A stretch of 64,000 nt of DNA from Trueperaceae bacterium. GTDB taxonomy: Bacteria > Deinococcota > Deinococci > Deinococcales > Trueperaceae. Each line of letters opens with the position of its first letter. The stretch's first letter is position 1. Both the position numbers and the translations under genes were made by a program. The notes below the pieces were generated by a model. It saw only the letters and a program-made list of their open reading frames with translations, searched no databases and was not told the origin of the DNA. Location: positions 1 through 64,000 of the forward strand of contig JAXHNB010000005.1 in the NCBI GenBank assembly GCA_034520945.1, in the 5' to 3' direction. Of this stretch, positions 39,273 through 50,294 are shown piece after piece.

Positions 39273-39546
39273 GGCGCGGGGAGACGTCCTCAGGCGGCGC
39301 CGGCGCGCGTTCGGTGCCGGTGTTCGAATGCGGTTCGCAGGAGAGTCGGATCCACGGGAACCCGTCGTGAAACGTCTTGGTGCAGGTCGCCGCCGGCAGC
39401 TCGCCCGTGAACGAAATGGGGCCGCCCTCCGCGTCGCTGCCGAGCGTGATGCGCACGCCGCCCAGCACCGACAGGGCGGTTCCGGCGACGGCGGCCAGCG
39501 CCAGCACGCCGAGGGTAACGAAGAGCATGCGGCGGCGCGCGCTCAT
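39247..39546 (-). CDS. Small membrane-anchored hypothetical protein
   Basis: N-terminal hydrophobic helix, a Cys pair, TAGCAT 6 nt before ATG. Confidence 0.65.
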   Translation of the reverse strand: MSARRRMLFVTLGVLALAAVAGTALSVLGGVRITLGSDAEGGPISFTGELPAATCTKTFHDGFPWIRLSCEPHSNTGTERAPAPPEDVSPRLDTAPRAE

Positions 39547-39624
39547 GGCGGGATGCTAGCGCGCGGTGGCGACGATTCGCGTCGTGCGCGGCCGTTCGCG
39601 CGCACGAGGTGCTAGCGTTCCGGC

Positions 39625-40287
39625 ATGGGCAGTTCCCGGGTCGCCGTCGCTGCGTTGGTCGCGGCCAATCTGGTGCCGCTGGTCGGGGTGGCGTTGCTGG
39701 GCTGGCGGCTGTACGACGTGATGCTGCTGTTCTGGCTCGAGAACGGCGTGATCGGGGCGTACAACCTGGCGCGCATGGCGACGGCGGGCCAGCGACCGGC
39801 GTCGGCGCTGTTCCTGGCCCCGTTCTTCACGGTGCACTACGGCATGTTCTGGGTGGTGCACGGCGTGTTCGTGGTGGAGCTGTTCGGCGGGGCGGGGTCC
39901 ATGGGCGGCGCCGCGGGCGCTGGCGCGGCCGGGCTGGGGTCCGGCGTCACGCTGCCGCTCGTCGGGACGGTGCCCGCCTTTGCAGGGATCGAATGGGCGT
40001 TGTTGGGGCTGGCGCTCAGCCACGGCGCGTCGTTCGTGCAGAACTGGTGGCTGGGCGGCGAACGGCGCGACGCCACGCCCGCCGAGCGGATGCGCGCCCC
40101 CTACGGCCGCGTGGTGGTGCTGCACCTCACCATCCTGGGGGGTGGCGTCGCGGTGCAGGCGCTCGGCGAGCCGGCGGCGGCGCTGCTGCTCCTGATCGTG
40201 CTCAAGACCTTCGTGGACGTCGCCGCGCACGTGCGCGCGCACCGCCCCGAGGGACCGATTCCGTTGCGTGGCCGCCCAGCCGGTTGA
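39625..40287 (+). CDS. DUF6498-like membrane protein
   Basis: ANLVPLVGV..GW..FWLEN..FFTVHYGMF..PYGRVVVLH. Confidence 0.8.
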   Translation: MGSSRVAVAALVAANLVPLVGVALLGWRLYDVMLLFWLENGVIGAYNLARMATAGQRPASALFLAPFFTVHYGMFWVVHGVFVVELFGGAGSMGGAAGAGAAGLGSGVTLPLVGTVPAFAGIEWALLGLALSHGASFVQNWWLGGERRDATPAERMRAPYGRVVVLHLTILGGGVAVQALGEPAAALLLLIVLKTFVDVAAHVRAHRPEGPIPLRGRPAG

Positions 40288-40309
40288 GCCCGCGTCGGTC
40301 GGGTCGCGC

Positions 40310-40930
40310 TCAACCCAGCGCGGCGGGATCGACGCCGGTCTCGGTGGGGGTGGCGCCGGCTTCGGCCGCCTCGCGCGATTCACGCGGGGCGGGTGCGGGG
40401 GCGGTGCCGTCGAACTGCGCCCACCAGGCGTCGCGCCAGATCTCCATCTGCACGTCGGTGCGGCCCTGCGGGCCTGGGACGCGACGCAACTCGCGGAAGC
40501 CGGACTTGCGGAAGGCGGCCTGCGCGCGCGGGTTGTCCTCGAAGGTGTTCAGGCGCACGCGGTCCAGGCCCAGTTCCCGGAAGGCGTAGCCCAGCAACGC
40601 GTGGATCGCTTCGGGGCCGTAGCCGCAGTTCCAGTGGCTGCGCTCGCCGATGATGATGCCGAGCGTCGCGGTGGTGCCCCGCAGGTCGTACAGCTCCGCC
40701 GTGCCGATGTAGGCGTCCGCCTCGTCGAAGATGCCGAACGTCGCCCGGTCGCGCCGCCGCGCCTCGGTCTTGAGCACGCGGCGCAACAACCACAGCGGCA
40801 GCCGGTTGGGGGGCGTGCCGTTCAGGTGCGCGATCTCCGGGTCACGGAAGTGCGTCTGGACGCGACGCCAATCGTCCCGTTCCAGACGCTCCAACGGCCG
40901 AAGTCGCACGCGCCCGTAGCTGGGCTCCAT
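40310..40930 (-). CDS. GNAT acetyltransferase (RimJ/RimL-like)
   Basis: LGIIIGERSHWNCGYGPEA..NPRAQAAFRKSGF. Confidence 0.9.
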   Translation of the reverse strand: MEPSYGRVRLRPLERLERDDWRRVQTHFRDPEIAHLNGTPPNRLPLWLLRRVLKTEARRRDRATFGIFDEADAYIGTAELYDLRGTTATLGIIIGERSHWNCGYGPEAIHALLGYAFRELGLDRVRLNTFEDNPRAQAAFRKSGFRELRRVPGPQGRTDVQMEIWRDAWWAQFDGTAPAPAPRESREAAEAGATPTETGVDPAALG

Positions 40931-41001
40931 GCACCGATTCTAGCGTCCAGATGCGAGTATGCTCGTACGACGGACGCCCGACCCCGACCCTGGAGGATGC
41001 C

Positions 41002-41964
<963 letters not shown>

Positions 41965-41965
41965 C

Positions 41966-42859
41966 GTGCCGGTGCCCAGCCTCCCGCGCGGTCTGCTGGA
42001 CCGGTACGCGCTCCGCACCCGCGCGCGCGGCACGCGCGCCGGTGAGCGGCCGGCGCGCGAGGCGGGCCAGTCGGTGGAGTTCCTCGACTACCGGCCCTAT
42101 CAACCCGGCGACGAGCCCCGGGCGGTGGATTGGCGGGCGTACGCCCGCAGCGGCCGCCTGTACACGCGGCTGTACCGCGCCGACCGCGCCGCGGAGGTGC
42201 ACCTGGTGCTGGACACCAGTCCCAGCATGCGTCTGTACGGCAAGGGCCGCTTCGCCGAGGCCGCCGCGCGGCTGTTGACCCACCTGGCGCGCTACGAGGC
42301 ATCCGGGCGGGTGCACCTGCTGGGGGGCGACAGCAGCCGGCCGGCCCGCAGCGACGCCGAGATCCGCAGCCTGTGGGGGTTCCTCGAGCGGGCGCCCGCC
42401 ACCGCGCTGCCCGAGGGCGCCACGCTGGCGGGCGCGCTGGCCGAACTGATCGTGCGGCAGCCGACGCACCCCGGCGCCGCCGCGGCGGTGGTGCTGTCCG
42501 ACCTGCTGGATCCGGCGCCGCTGCGGCCCGCCCTGACCGCGCTACGGGCGCGGCGGGTCGACGCCGTGTTCGTGCAGGTGCTGGCGCATCAGGAGCTCGA
42601 CCCCGACCCGGAGGCGGCGGAACTGGCCGACGTCGAGGACGGCGCCACGTTGGAGGTCGGCCCCGAGCAGGCGCGCGCCTACCGCGAGGCGGTGCGGACG
42701 TTCATCGCCCACGTGCGGAGCGAGATCGCCGACGCCGGCCAACGCCACGTCCTGATCGAGGTGCCGGCCGAGGTGGCGGCCCCCGGCACGCCCGAGCGCG
42801 AGGTGGAACGTCAGGCGTTCCAGGCGCTGCTGCGGCGCGGCGTGATCGCACGGCGGTGA
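41966..42859 (+). CDS. DUF58 protein
   Basis: EFLDYRPYQPGDEPRAVDW..LDTSPSM. Confidence 0.9.
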   Translation: MPVPSLPRGLLDRYALRTRARGTRAGERPAREAGQSVEFLDYRPYQPGDEPRAVDWRAYARSGRLYTRLYRADRAAEVHLVLDTSPSMRLYGKGRFAEAAARLLTHLARYEASGRVHLLGGDSSRPARSDAEIRSLWGFLERAPATALPEGATLAGALAELIVRQPTHPGAAAAVVLSDLLDPAPLRPALTALRARRVDAVFVQVLAHQELDPDPEAAELADVEDGATLEVGPEQARAYREAVRTFIAHVRSEIADAGQRHVLIEVPAEVAAPGTPEREVERQAFQALLRRGVIARR

Positions 42860-42890
42860 GACCGCCCGCGCGGGATACGCTGCCTGCGAC

Positions 42891-43673
42891 GTGAACCTGA
42901 TCGGGGCACGCTTCGGCGAGGGGTACCAGGTCCTCCGCGAGATTGCGCGGGGGGCGGTCGCACGCGTGTACCTCGCCAGCGACGGGGCGCACGTCAAGGT
43001 CGTCAAGGTGTTCCCCCCCGAGCACGCGGCCCGCGCCGACCGCGAGTACGACATCGGGCACGGCCTCCGGCACGACAACCTGAACCCCGTGCTGGGCACG
43101 GTCCGCTTGGAGGGGCATCGCGGCGTGGTGATGCCCCTGGTGCCCGGCAAACGCTTCGGTACCTGGTTGCCCCCCGCGCCGCGACGCGAGCGGATCAGGG
43201 CGCTCGACGGCCTGCTGGCGGGCCTGGGGTGGTTGCACCAGCGGGGCGTGGTGCACCGCGACGTGAAGCCCGAGAACGTGCTGGTCACGCGCGAGGCCCG
43301 AGCCGTGCTGATCGACTACGACCTGGCGGTGTCCATCGACGACGCGGCCGCGCGCAAGACCACCGCCGGCACCGCGCTGTACCTCAGTCCAGAACAGGCC
43401 CGCGGCCAAGCGGCGGAGCCGGCCAGCGACCTGTACGCCGCCGGCGTGATGTTGTACCGCGCGCTGACGGGCGCGCTGCCGTTCGAAGGCACGCTACGCG
43501 AGGTGATGGACGGGCACCGCGACGACCAGGTGCGTCCCCCCTCCACCTTCGATCCTGCGCTCGCCCCGTTCGACGCGCCGGTGATGCGCCTGTTGGCCAA
43601 GGACCCGGCGGAGCGCTATCAGGGGGCCGAGGCCGCGCGCCGCGACCTGCGCGACGCGTCCGATGCGCAGTGA
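42891..43673 (+). CDS. Ser/Thr protein kinase
   Basis: VVK, HRDVKPEN, DYDL (DFG variant), GTALYLSPEQ, SDLYAAG. Confidence 0.9.
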   Translation: MNLIGARFGEGYQVLREIARGAVARVYLASDGAHVKVVKVFPPEHAARADREYDIGHGLRHDNLNPVLGTVRLEGHRGVVMPLVPGKRFGTWLPPAPRRERIRALDGLLAGLGWLHQRGVVHRDVKPENVLVTREARAVLIDYDLAVSIDDAAARKTTAGTALYLSPEQARGQAAEPASDLYAAGVMLYRALTGALPFEGTLREVMDGHRDDQVRPPSTFDPALAPFDAPVMRLLAKDPAERYQGAEAARRDLRDASDAQ

Positions 43674-43901
43674 ACGTGCGGACCCCACGACGTTCTGCCA
43701 TTTGGCCGTGACGAACCGACACGGTCGGCGGCTCCGTTCGCATCGGCGTACGAAGCCTTCCTCGCACCCTCGGAGATTCATGCAAGCTATGCACCAGGTG
43801 TGATCGTCAGCGTCGTCCGTCGCGATCTCGGTCGTCCACCTTTCTGTCCCGAGCCTGCCTTGCGTGATGCCTTCTGCTATGTTCGAACACAGGAGGAGCC
43901 C

Positions 43902-46900
43902 ATGAATCGTCTCGCGCATGTACTCGCATCTTGTTTCACTTGCCTGCTAGCCCTGTCCGCGTGCAGTCCCGCCGGCAGTGAACAGGAGAACCGGCCGCCG
44001 ACCGCGAACGCCGGCGAAAACCGATTGGCGCTTCCGGGATCGTCCGTGACGCTCGATGGCAGCGAATCCACGGACCCCGACGCAGACGCGCTCACGTTTT
44101 CCTGGGCCCTGATCGAGCATCCCGACCAGAGCGACGCCACGCTGACGCAATCGACCACGGCGAATCCGACCCTCGTCGTGGATGTCGGCGGTGTATATGT
44201 CACCGAGTTGACCGTGTCGGACGGCCTTCTCGAGGCTACCGACCGGGTGCGCGTCTCGGTGACGCCGGAGGAGCTGGCGCCTCCTTCGTTCGGCGTCGAT
44301 GCGACCCTGGAACCCGCGGTCGAGGAACTGCCGGGATTCGAGGACGGCGTTCCCCGGCCGGTCGCGACGATCGAAGACGACACCGGGAGCCAAGCCGACT
44401 TCGTGGAGAACGAGCTTTGGTTGGTGACGGACGACGGTCGCGTCCTCGACGACTTCCTGGCGCGCTGGCAGGGCGAGGTGATCGCGACCTTCGACCCCTC
44501 GGACTTCGAGTTGACGAACGTCCGTCCCCAGTACCTCGTGCGGGTCGATGTGTCGGGCGCCGCGCCGGATCGCCTGCCCGAGGACGTGAGGTTGGCCGAT
44601 CCCGGCAGTCGCGGCGATCATCGCGTGTCGTCGGAGCGGGGCTTGAAGCTCATCGCCGCCAGCATGCGCGAACAGGCTGCCGGCGTGATGGTCGGCATCA
44701 ACTGGATCGGCCGCGGTGCGGAATTCCGCGAGCGCATCTCCACCGAGGCGCCGGCCGGCGACACCATCGGCGGCACCACCTACGCCACGAACGTCTTCGG
44801 TTGGCCGTCCCACGACAGCGGCAGCGCGCAAGACATCGGCGTCGCCGAAGCCTGGTGGGCGCTGGAGGCTACGGGACGGCTCGGCAACCGCGTCGACATC
44901 GCCGTGTTGGACATGGGTTTCGCGCCCGACGCCGATGTTCCCAGCGGGCTCGTCGCCCGGTCCAACGTGCCGTTGGTGTCCGCGCTCGGAACCCAGAACC
45001 TCATCGGGTGCGGTTCGGGGAACCCCTGCCTCTTCCACGGCACCAACGTCGTGAGCGCGGCCATGGCGCTTCCGGACAACGACTTCGGGGCCGCGGGCCC
45101 AGCGGGCCCGATCGCCGAACCCATCGTGGTGTTCACGCTCTACGACTACTTCACCTCGGCCACAGCCCTCGGGCTCGCCAAGTTGGCCGGCGCCAAGATC
45201 GCCAACATGAGCTATGGCGCGCCGGTGCCCGCCAGTCTGAGCGGCACGGTCGCGCCGTTCGAGACCGCGACCCTGGCGTTCCGGGCGTCTGGCTTGCTGA
45301 TGTTCGCCTCGGCAGGGAACGATGGCACCAACGTCGACGCCGAGGACTGCTTCATCTTCTGCTGGGAAGAGACGCTCCATACCCCCTGCGAAAACCTCGG
45401 CATGATCTGCGTCGGCGGCCTCGCTTGGAATGCGACGACCCGCGCGAACAACTCGAACTTCGGACGTGAGCAGGTCGAGATCTACGCGCCGTACACCTTG
45501 TGGGTGGGACCCGACCCGGGCAACCCCCAAAACCGCGCGAATCGGATCGACGGCACCAGCTTTTCGTCGCCGTTCACCGCCGGCGTCGCCGCGCTCATCT
45601 GGGCGGCCGATCCGAGCCTGAGCGCCGACCGGGTCGAGCGGATCCTGATGCAGACCGCGCACGTGAACCCCTCGTTCCCCGCGTCGCCGGTCCCGCGTTG
45701 GGTCGACGCGTACGCCGCCGTGGCGCGTGCGCTGGGCACGGACATTCCCCCGTACGTCAAGGTCGCCGAGCCCAGCCAGGGCACGTCCTTCAGGGGCGGC
45801 GAGGGGATCGACTTCATCGCCGAGGTGGACGACCTCGATACCGATCCGAGCAGCTACACGGTCGAATGGACGGCGACCGATGCGGCCGGCGGCGTGCAGG
45901 ACCTCGGCACCAGCGCCAGCGGAGCCACACTGACCGCGAGCCTGCCCGATCCGCTGTGCGCCTTCGAGTCCACCGTGACGGCAACGGTGGTCGCGAACGG
46001 CACCCCCTACCAGGACGCCGTCTCGCTCAGGCAAGCCAGGCAGACCGTGCCGCTGACCACGGACGTCATCGGCCCGAGAATTCGCGACGTGAAGGTCGAA
46101 CGAGACAGCGGCGGCGATCCCTTCATCCCGGACGTGACCCTGTTCGCGAACGCCGACAAGCCGCTGTGTGACGATCCCTCCAGTTCCCGGCTGGATCAGG
46201 ACCGCCACCGCTGGTTCGACGAGTCCAGTGCGCTGATCGCTCAGGCCCAGTCGATCACGCTGCGCAGCACCGATTTCGAATCGTCCGTTGGCTCGAGCTT
46301 TCGAACGCGCGACATCGAAGTCACCTACGACCTCGGACTCGAGACGGCCGCCAGCCAGGTGACGATCAAGCCGTGCTCGTCGACCGTCGGGAGCGACCCT
46401 GGAAGCAGCGTGTCCGGCTACCCCGAGTGCTCGCTCGCCGCCGTGATCAATGACGTGATCGCGACGATGCGTGAAGCGTTCGGCACGATCTCGGTCGCGG
46501 GGGCCAAGGCGCAGGCCGACCGCATCGTCGGTGGGTTCTATTCACGAGATCTGATCGACCTCGAGTACTGCGATCCCACCCACTGCGATCCGCCCTTCCC
46601 GGATCTTCGCGCGGAGGTGATCTCGGACCTCTACGGCGTCCACGGCGAACTGGCGGTGGTGGCCCTCGACGATCTGTTCGGCGCGCTCGAATCGGAGAGC
46701 CTGGCTGCGTTCGACGAGTCCCTGACGAGCATCCAGCGCAAGATCGCGCAGGACTACGAGAACGGCTTCGTCGACGAGGACGACATGCGGCTGTTCGCCA
46801 ACGCCGCGAGCCTCACGCAGGCGCTCGTCGAGTTCTTCGTTCCGGAGTCGCAGGGTGGCCAAAACGGTTGGCGGTCGCTGAACTTCGCGAGCGATCCAGA

Positions 46901-47069
46901 CACATTGGCCGGCCGGGTCGAGGTTTTGCGCCCTGCCTATGATGGGCTCGCCGGGTACCTCACCGGGTATCTCCACGACCGACAGCTCGAAAGCGACATC
47001 CACCTGCGTGCGGCACAGTATGCCGCCTCGCGCACCGCCATCGAAGAGGCAGCCCGGGTGAGCGACTGA
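43902..47069 (+). CDS. S8 (subtilisin-like) protease lipoprotein with PKD/Ig-like domains
   Basis: AGGAGG RBS; lipobox LSAC; PTANAG..LDGSES.DPD; catalytic triad IAVLD, HGT, GTSFSSP; SAGN. Confidence 0.9.
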   Translation: MNRLAHVLASCFTCLLALSACSPAGSEQENRPPTANAGENRLALPGSSVTLDGSESTDPDADALTFSWALIEHPDQSDATLTQSTTANPTLVVDVGGVYVTELTVSDGLLEATDRVRVSVTPEELAPPSFGVDATLEPAVEELPGFEDGVPRPVATIEDDTGSQADFVENELWLVTDDGRVLDDFLARWQGEVIATFDPSDFELTNVRPQYLVRVDVSGAAPDRLPEDVRLADPGSRGDHRVSSERGLKLIAASMREQAAGVMVGINWIGRGAEFRERISTEAPAGDTIGGTTYATNVFGWPSHDSGSAQDIGVAEAWWALEATGRLGNRVDIAVLDMGFAPDADVPSGLVARSNVPLVSALGTQNLIGCGSGNPCLFHGTNVVSAAMALPDNDFGAAGPAGPIAEPIVVFTLYDYFTSATALGLAKLAGAKIANMSYGAPVPASLSGTVAPFETATLAFRASGLLMFASAGNDGTNVDAEDCFIFCWEETLHTPCENLGMICVGGLAWNATTRANNSNFGREQVEIYAPYTLWVGPDPGNPQNRANRIDGTSFSSPFTAGVAALIWAADPSLSADRVERILMQTAHVNPSFPASPVPRWVDAYAAVARALGTDIPPYVKVAEPSQGTSFRGGEGIDFIAEVDDLDTDPSSYTVEWTATDAAGGVQDLGTSASGATLTASLPDPLCAFESTVTATVVANGTPYQDAVSLRQARQTVPLTTDVIGPRIRDVKVERDSGGDPFIPDVTLFANADKPLCDDPSSSRLDQDRHRWFDESSALIAQAQSITLRSTDFESSVGSSFRTRDIEVTYDLGLETAASQVTIKPCSSTVGSDPGSSVSGYPECSLAAVINDVIATMREAFGTISVAGAKAQADRIVGGFYSRDLIDLEYCDPTHCDPPFPDLRAEVISDLYGVHGELAVVALDDLFGALESESLAAFDESLTSIQRKIAQDYENGFVDEDDMRLFANAASLTQALVEFFVPESQGGQNGWRSLNFASDPDTLAGRVEVLRPAYDGLAGYLTGYLHDRQLESDIHLRAAQYAASRTAIEEAARVSD

Positions 47070-47116
47070 CGACCGGCGTGGGGGGGCAGGGGCACGCGTC
47101 CGGTATCATGGCCGCC

Positions 47117-49330
47117 GTGAGCGGACGAGTGGCTGCGACGGCGCTGGCGGTGGTGACGCTGCTCAGCCTCTGGTTGGCGCCGTGGGCCGTGTTCAACCGA
47201 GAATCCGGTGCGCGCGGCGCGGTCACGCTGCTGCCCGACCGGGTCATTGACTTCACGGGGCGTGCGGCGCCGCTGGAGGTGCCGGGCCTCGGCGCGGTGC
47301 TGATCCTGTCCATCGCTGGCCTGCTGGCGATGGCGGGCGCCGCGGCCCTGCGGCCGGGCGCCCGCCGCACCGTCTGGTTGGTCGCGGGGACCGTGCTGAC
47401 CCTGACCACGGCCGTGGGCCTGCGAACGTACGTCAACACGCACGTCGACGCGCGGGCCGCGGAGGTTCGGAGCACGCTCGAGGCGGAGCTGGCCGACCCG
47501 GGCGGACGCACCGACGTGGAGGGGCTCGAGGTGCTCCTCGACCGCTTCGAAGAACAGTCGGTGGAGGAGACGCGGCAGGACGCGCTTCGGGTGGGGGTGC
47601 GGATCCGGCGGCTGCCCTATACCGGCCTGGCGCCGGGCCTGGCGGCGTTCCTGGTGCTGGTGAGCGGGGGGATGGCGCTGGCGTTGGGCGCCCGGCGGTT
47701 CCCGGCCGCCGAGCGGGCGCTGCAGCGCGTCTCCGACGTGGGGGCGATCCCGGCCATCGCGATCCTGTTGGCGTTGGCCGCCGCGGGCGTGGTGATCCTG
47801 ATGCTTCAGCCCACGCCCTTGGGCAGCGACGTGGTGCTCCAAGGGTGGCGCGAGGTGCTGGCGGGGCGGCTGGACACGTTGTTCTTCGCGTATTGGACGT
47901 TGTTCGCGGGCCCGCTCGGCACGTTCGAGGGGTTCACCGAGGCGCTCAAGTTCGCCACCCCGCTCATGTTCACGGGGTTGGGGGTCGCGTTCGGGTTCAA
48001 GGCCGGCCTGTTCAACATCGGGGCGCCCGGACAGATGGTGATGGGGGCGTTGTTCGCCATGTTCGCCGGGATCTACCTGCCCGGCCCCGCCCTGTTCGTG
48101 ATGCCCGCCGCCGTCCTGGCGGCGGCCCTCGGCGGCGCGGCGTGGGGGGCGATCCCCGGCTTCCTCAAGGCCCGCTTCGGGGCGCACGAGGTGATCAACA
48201 CCATCCTGTTGAACTTCATCGCCTCGTCGTTGCTGTTGTTCGTGCTGTCCTCCAGTCCGGTGTTCGCCGCGTCGGCGCTGCGGGTGCTGGCGGGGTTGGG
48301 CATCGCGCTGGCCGTGGTGATCCTGGCGGCCCTGGTGGGGCCGATCCGGCGGCGCGCGGGACGTGCGCCGCGCCTGACGTTCGCGTTGGTCGGTGTCGCC
48401 TTGGTGGTCGTGATGGCGTTCGCCGGTTGGCCGCGCCCAGGCGACGGGCCGGTCACACTGAGCCTGCCGTTCAAGGAGCCCGGCTCCGAACCGAAGTCGG
48501 TGCCGCTGCAGGAGGGGGCGCGCCTGCCGCAATTGCCGGCGCTGTTCGGGGTGGACGCCGAGACGATGGTCGGCTCGGCCGAGGTGAACGTGAACGCGGC
48601 GGCCGGCCTGGCCGCCGGCCTGGCGGGGGTGGTGCTGGTGTTCGGCGGGCGCTTCGGGGCACGGACGTGGCGCCGGAGAGCGATCGCCGCGGTGCTGGTC
48701 GCCGCGGCCGCCTATGGGATCGGTGCGCTGCTGGGCTGGACGCGCCTGCCGTTCACGGTGCCCCCCTCGAAGCTGAACTTCGGCTTCGTGATCGCGCTGG
48801 CGACGGCCGTGTTCATGCAGATCTTCCTGTGGCGCACCAAGTGGGGCTACGAGCTGCGTGCCGTCGGCGTGGCACCGAAGGCGGCCGAGTACGGCGGCGC
48901 CAGCATCTTCCGCAACACCGTGATGGCCATGGCGATCAGCGGCGCCTTCGCGGGCCTGAGCGCCACGCACTACGTGCTCGGCGGTGCGCTGGAAGGGTAC
49001 ACGCTGCGGCAGTCGTTGCCCACCAACGACGGCTTCGACGGCATCGCCGTGGCCCTGCTGGGGGCCAACAACCCCGTCGGGGTGGTGCTGTCCGCCTTCC
49101 TGTTCGGGGTGCTGAAGCACGGCGGGTCGATCATGAACATCACCTTCAGCGACCTGACGCGGGACGTGGTGAGCATGGTCCTGGCCCTGGTGGTGCTGTT
49201 CATCGCCGCCAAGGGCTTCCTGCCGGACCAGTTCACGGACCCGATCAAACGCGCCGCCGCCCGGCGCCGCAAGCGCCAGGAGCAGGAGGACGACGTGCCG
49301 GTCGACGACCTGGAAGGGGAGGGGGCCTGA
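47117..49330 (+). CDS. ABC permease (nucleoside/sugar, BPD_transp_2) with extensions
   Basis: FKAGLFNIGAPGQ, HEVINTILLN, GYELRAVG..AAEYGG, GFDGIAVALLG. TATCAT 7 nt before GTG. Confidence 0.9.
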   Translation: MSGRVAATALAVVTLLSLWLAPWAVFNRESGARGAVTLLPDRVIDFTGRAAPLEVPGLGAVLILSIAGLLAMAGAAALRPGARRTVWLVAGTVLTLTTAVGLRTYVNTHVDARAAEVRSTLEAELADPGGRTDVEGLEVLLDRFEEQSVEETRQDALRVGVRIRRLPYTGLAPGLAAFLVLVSGGMALALGARRFPAAERALQRVSDVGAIPAIAILLALAAAGVVILMLQPTPLGSDVVLQGWREVLAGRLDTLFFAYWTLFAGPLGTFEGFTEALKFATPLMFTGLGVAFGFKAGLFNIGAPGQMVMGALFAMFAGIYLPGPALFVMPAAVLAAALGGAAWGAIPGFLKARFGAHEVINTILLNFIASSLLLFVLSSSPVFAASALRVLAGLGIALAVVILAALVGPIRRRAGRAPRLTFALVGVALVVVMAFAGWPRPGDGPVTLSLPFKEPGSEPKSVPLQEGARLPQLPALFGVDAETMVGSAEVNVNAAAGLAAGLAGVVLVFGGRFGARTWRRRAIAAVLVAAAAYGIGALLGWTRLPFTVPPSKLNFGFVIALATAVFMQIFLWRTKWGYELRAVGVAPKAAEYGGASIFRNTVMAMAISGAFAGLSATHYVLGGALEGYTLRQSLPTNDGFDGIAVALLGANNPVGVVLSAFLFGVLKHGGSIMNITFSDLTRDVVSMVLALVVLFIAAKGFLPDQFTDPIKRAAARRRKRQEQEDDVPVDDLEGEGA

Positions 49331-49331
49331 G

Positions 49332-50261
49332 GTGGACTGGGTCGTGCTGTTGGCCCTGATCGCGTCCGCCCTGCGGGCGACGGCGCCGTTGCTGCTGGCC
49401 GCGCTGGGCGGCATGTTCAGCGAGCGCGGCGGCGTCACCAACATCGCCTTGGAAGGGATCATCCTCTTCGGCGCGCTGGGGGCGGCCGTCACCACGCAGT
49501 TGGTCGAGCGCCCCTACCTGGCGCAGGACTCCAACGCCGTGGTGTGGTTCGCCCCCTGGCTGGGCGTGATCGCCTCGATGGTGCTCGGCGCCATGGTCGG
49601 CTGGGTGCACGCCGTGGTGTCGATCCGCTACAAGGCGGATCAGATCATCTCGGCCACCGCCATCAACCTGATGGCGATCGGCATTCCCGCCGTGGTGCTG
49701 ATGGCCTTGTACGACAACACCACCGCCAGCGACCGGGTCCAAAACCGCCTGCCGGAGTGGCAACTGGGACCGTTCGAGTTCAGCCCGCTGGTGTACCTGG
49801 CCTTCATCCTGGTGCCCGTCGCCTGGTACGTGCTGCGGCGCACCCCCTTCGGGCTGCGCCTCCGCGCCGTCGGCGAGCATCCCGAAGCGGCCGACTCGGT
49901 GGGGATCGACGTGCGGCGCATGCGCTACTACGGCGTGATCCTCTCCGGCGTGCTGGCCGGCCTGGCCGGGGCGTACCTGTCGATCGGCAACCTGAACCAG
50001 TTCATCTCGGAGATGTCGGGCGGCCGCGGCTTCATCGCGCTGGCCGCCGTGATCTTCGGCAAGTGGACGCCGTTCGGGACGCTGGGCGCCACGCTGCTGT
50101 TCGGCACCTTCGAAGCGATCGGCACCCTGCTGGGCGGCGGCGAGCTGCTGCCGCCGTCGCTGGTGCAGGCGGTGCCGTTCATCCTGACCATGTTGGCGTT
50201 GGCCGGCTTCGTCGGCCGCTCCGTCCCGCCACGCGCCATCGGCAAACCGTTCGAGAAGTAG
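49332..50261 (+). CDS. ABC permease, second subunit
   Basis: SERGGVTNIALEG, GLRLRAVGEHP, GRGFIALAA. Confidence 0.92.
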   Translation: MDWVVLLALIASALRATAPLLLAALGGMFSERGGVTNIALEGIILFGALGAAVTTQLVERPYLAQDSNAVVWFAPWLGVIASMVLGAMVGWVHAVVSIRYKADQIISATAINLMAIGIPAVVLMALYDNTTASDRVQNRLPEWQLGPFEFSPLVYLAFILVPVAWYVLRRTPFGLRLRAVGEHPEAADSVGIDVRRMRYYGVILSGVLAGLAGAYLSIGNLNQFISEMSGGRGFIALAAVIFGKWTPFGTLGATLLFGTFEAIGTLLGGGELLPPSLVQAVPFILTMLALAGFVGRSVPPRAIGKPFEK

Positions 50262-50294
50262 GCGCCCGCGTGCGTCCGCTTCGGGGAGGCTTCC

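Noticed and set aside
43902..47069. S8 protease as activator of the PA-like protein
   Set aside because: Suggested by analogy with furin cleavage of PA, but the genes are ~39 kb apart and no clear cleavage site was seen.
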